Shown here: positions 61,938-64,000 of the stretch, in pieces
How the letters are laid out: every line of letters starts with the position of its first letter
Position numbering within the stretch: position 1 is the first letter of the stretch
Source: Deltaproteobacteria bacterium
GTDB lineage: Bacteria; SAR324; XYD2-FULL-50-16
NCBI GenBank assembly: GCA_018645005.1
Contig: JABGPJ010000066.1
Coordinates: forward strand, 41,808-105,807
Length of the DNA stretch: 64,000 nucleotides
Reading direction: 5' to 3'
Notes under the pieces: model-generated
What the model was told of the DNA's origin: nothing
The model's input: the letters and a program-made list of their open reading frames with translations, nothing else
Databases searched by the model: none
Translations under genes and position numbers: made by a program

Positions 61938-63614
61938 ATGGCCATCGTTGTTAGAAAGATAAAAAGACCAGTTAGAGCCCATATCGGCGGCGGGAAAAAA
62001 TCCCAGAGTACGAAGCTGCCACGATATGTCGCCAAGCGGCCGCCATGTACTGATACATGTCCAAGCAGCGAGGATATCCGTGGGTATCTGACATATATTG
62101 CTCAGTCTGAAGAGTATGGACGGACTTTCGAAGAGTCCATGGAGCAAGCATGGCATATGCTGACAGACAAAAACCCGATGCCGGCTGTCATGGGAAGGGT
62201 TTGTCCTCACCCATGTGAAACAGCATGTAATCGTAAAGATAAAGACGGCGCTGTCAGTATTAATAAAGTAGAACTGTCGATTGGACAATTCGGGCTGGAA
62301 AACAAACTGGCTCTGAAAGCATTAACGGAAGAGAAGACGGGCAAGAAGATTGCTGTTATCGGTAGTGGACCGTCCGGTATCTCATGCGCTTACCAACTCG
62401 TCAGAAAAGGTCACTCTGTGACTGTTTTTGAATCCAAGTCAGAACCAGGTGGAATGATTCGCTGGGGTATTCCCGCATATCGACTGCCAAGAGATATTAT
62501 TGCAGCAGAATATCAAAGAATTTTTGATCTGGGCGTTGAATTCAAACCGAATACCAAGGTTGGAAAAGATATCAGTCTGGATCAACTGAAAAGTGATTAT
62601 GATGCGATTTATCAAGCAATTGGTGCTCAGGTTGGTTGGTCTCTCGGATTAGACGGAGAAGATTCAGCTAATGTTTATACGGGTGTTGAATTCCTGTACA
62701 AGCATAATATGCAGGAACAGATGAATATTGGTGATAAGGTGATCGTCGTGGGTGGTGGTGACACTGCTATGGACGTTGCCAGAAGCTGCAAACGGATGGG
62801 AGCTGATGTGACGGTTGTTTATCGCCGGAGCAGAAACGAAATGCCCGCTATTGAAGAAGATATCGTCGGTGCTGAAGAAGAAGGGATTAACTTCAATTTC
62901 CTATGTACACCAATTAAACTACAGGTTGCAGACGGAAACGTTACCGGGATGACATGTGTACGCATGGAACTGGGTGAGCCGGATGAAAGTGGTCGGGCCA
63001 GCTTTTCTGTGATTGATGGGTCCGAGTTTGATATCGCAGCCACCTCTTTAATTCCTTCCATCAGCCAGGAAGCTGATTTTGAGGGTATGGAAGAGATGAA
63101 AAATGAGAAAAACTGGACGTCTATTGCCACAGATTTCGGTCGTTTGAGTGAAGATGGCAAAATCTGGTCTGGTGGGGATGTGACCAGAGGCTTGGGGTTA
63201 GTGACTGAGGCTGTTGGTGACGGACGGATTGCTGCTGAAGATATTGATCGCTTTGTGATGGGCGCTGAATATGAGAAGCCGGAAGTCATGCCGGTGATCA
63301 ATTCTGCGACGATGCACATGCAACATTATGCAGATGCAGCTCGCAATTCCATTGGTGAAAAACCCGGTGCTGAAAGGATCTCTGACTTTAATGAGTATAT
63401 TATTCCTTTCACCATTGAAGCGATCAAAGCAGAAACAGCTCGCTGTATGAGTTGTGGTTCCTGTTTTGATTGTGAAAACTGCTGGAAGTTCTGTGGTGAT
63501 GGTGCTGTCAATAAGCTCGCCAAGGGGCAGCACTTTGAATTCAATCTGGATAAATGTATTGGTTGTAGTAAATGTATGGAAGAGTGCCCATGCGGACTGA
63601 TTGACATGATCTAA
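61938..63614 (+). CDS. dsrL: DsrL Fe-S flavoprotein, NADP(H)-type
   Basis: PPCTDTCP, GRVCPHPCETACNR, GSGPSG, GGGDTAMD..VYRR, RCMSCGSCFDCENC, C-terminal ferredoxin CIGCSKCMEECPCG. Confidence 0.93.
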   Translation: MAIVVRKIKRPVRAHIGGGKKSQSTKLPRYVAKRPPCTDTCPSSEDIRGYLTYIAQSEEYGRTFEESMEQAWHMLTDKNPMPAVMGRVCPHPCETACNRKDKDGAVSINKVELSIGQFGLENKLALKALTEEKTGKKIAVIGSGPSGISCAYQLVRKGHSVTVFESKSEPGGMIRWGIPAYRLPRDIIAAEYQRIFDLGVEFKPNTKVGKDISLDQLKSDYDAIYQAIGAQVGWSLGLDGEDSANVYTGVEFLYKHNMQEQMNIGDKVIVVGGGDTAMDVARSCKRMGADVTVVYRRSRNEMPAIEEDIVGAEEEGINFNFLCTPIKLQVADGNVTGMTCVRMELGEPDESGRASFSVIDGSEFDIAATSLIPSISQEADFEGMEEMKNEKNWTSIATDFGRLSEDGKIWSGGDVTRGLGLVTEAVGDGRIAAEDIDRFVMGAEYEKPEVMPVINSATMHMQHYADAARNSIGEKPGAERISDFNEYIIPFTIEAIKAETARCMSCGSCFDCENCWKFCGDGAVNKLAKGQHFEFNLDKCIGCSKCMEECPCGLIDMI

Positions 63615-63622
63615 TCGTTAAT

Positions 63623-63661
63623 AAAAAGTCTCTGCTGATTCTTCACAGAGACTTTTTTTTT
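63623..63661 (+). terminator. Intrinsic terminator after dsrL
   Basis: AAAAAGTCTCTG...CAGAGACTTTTTTTTT. Confidence 0.75.
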
Positions 63662-63672
63662 GCCTAAAAATT

Positions 63673-64000
63673 ATGGAATTAGTAAATAAGTTATCAGAAA
63701 AGAAACAGGAGATTGTGCGGGAGTGGATTCGTAAAACGATGGAGGCTTATCCCGCAGAGTCTCTCGCTGTTTTGAACCGGAATAAAAACCAGTTTGCTAA
63801 TCCATTATCTCATACTATTTCCGAAAATATTGACCTTCTCTTTGAAGAACTGCTGAGCGAGATAAATCCTGAAAAAGTGGCCCCGATTCTTGATAAAGTT
63901 ATACGTATCAGGGCTGTGCAGGATATGGCGCCAGCAAAGGCAATCTCTTTTGTCTTTGATCTGAAAGGGGTGATTCGAGATGCGCTGAAAGATGAGATTC
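63673..64000 (+). CDS. dsrT: DsrT (RsbRD N-terminal-like), 3' truncated by window
   Basis: Not in ORF track; own translation MELVNKLSEKKQEIVREW...NQFANPLSHTI...KVIRIRAVQDMAPAKAISFVFDLK. Confidence 0.88.
   Translation, partial: MELVNKLSEKKQEIVREWIRKTMEAYPAESLAVLNRNKNQFANPLSHTISENIDLLFEELLSEINPEKVAPILDKVIRIRAVQDMAPAKAISFVFDLKGVIRDALKDEI

Overview
Gene-dense chromosomal segment of a Gram-negative bacterium (lipid A genes present). A SAR324/deltaproteobacteria-like affinity is my impression, not a test result. The first ~43 kb hold housekeeping and envelope genes: pyrG end, skp-fabZ-lpxA-[oxidoreductase-aminotransferase]-lpxB, a GH57 branching enzyme, mog, apbC, tgt, priA, plsB, galE, trkAH, tlyA, cca and rbgA. 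This part also has two MITE families with target-site duplications and a module of two putative outer-membrane barrels plus an ELWxxDGT lipoprotein. The last ~21 kb is one co-oriented supercluster: aprBA-qmoABC-sat-ppaC-aclBA-dsrCABD-dsrR-like-dsrL-dsrT (truncated). Highlights: (1) a long-form ATP citrate lyase sits inside the sulfur cluster; (2) the Dsr set mixes reducer markers (DsrD, QmoABC, sat-ppaC) with oxidizer-associated parts (DsrR-like protein with a Cys-rich tail, insert-bearing DsrC, DsrL); (3) a gnnA/gnnB-like pair lies between lpxA and lpxB, and its aminotransferase carries a degenerate PIN-like domain; (4) a candidate three-way-junction RNA lies upstream of aclB. All family calls come from reading motifs by eye; no searches were run. 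No rRNA, tRNA or CRISPR array was recognised.
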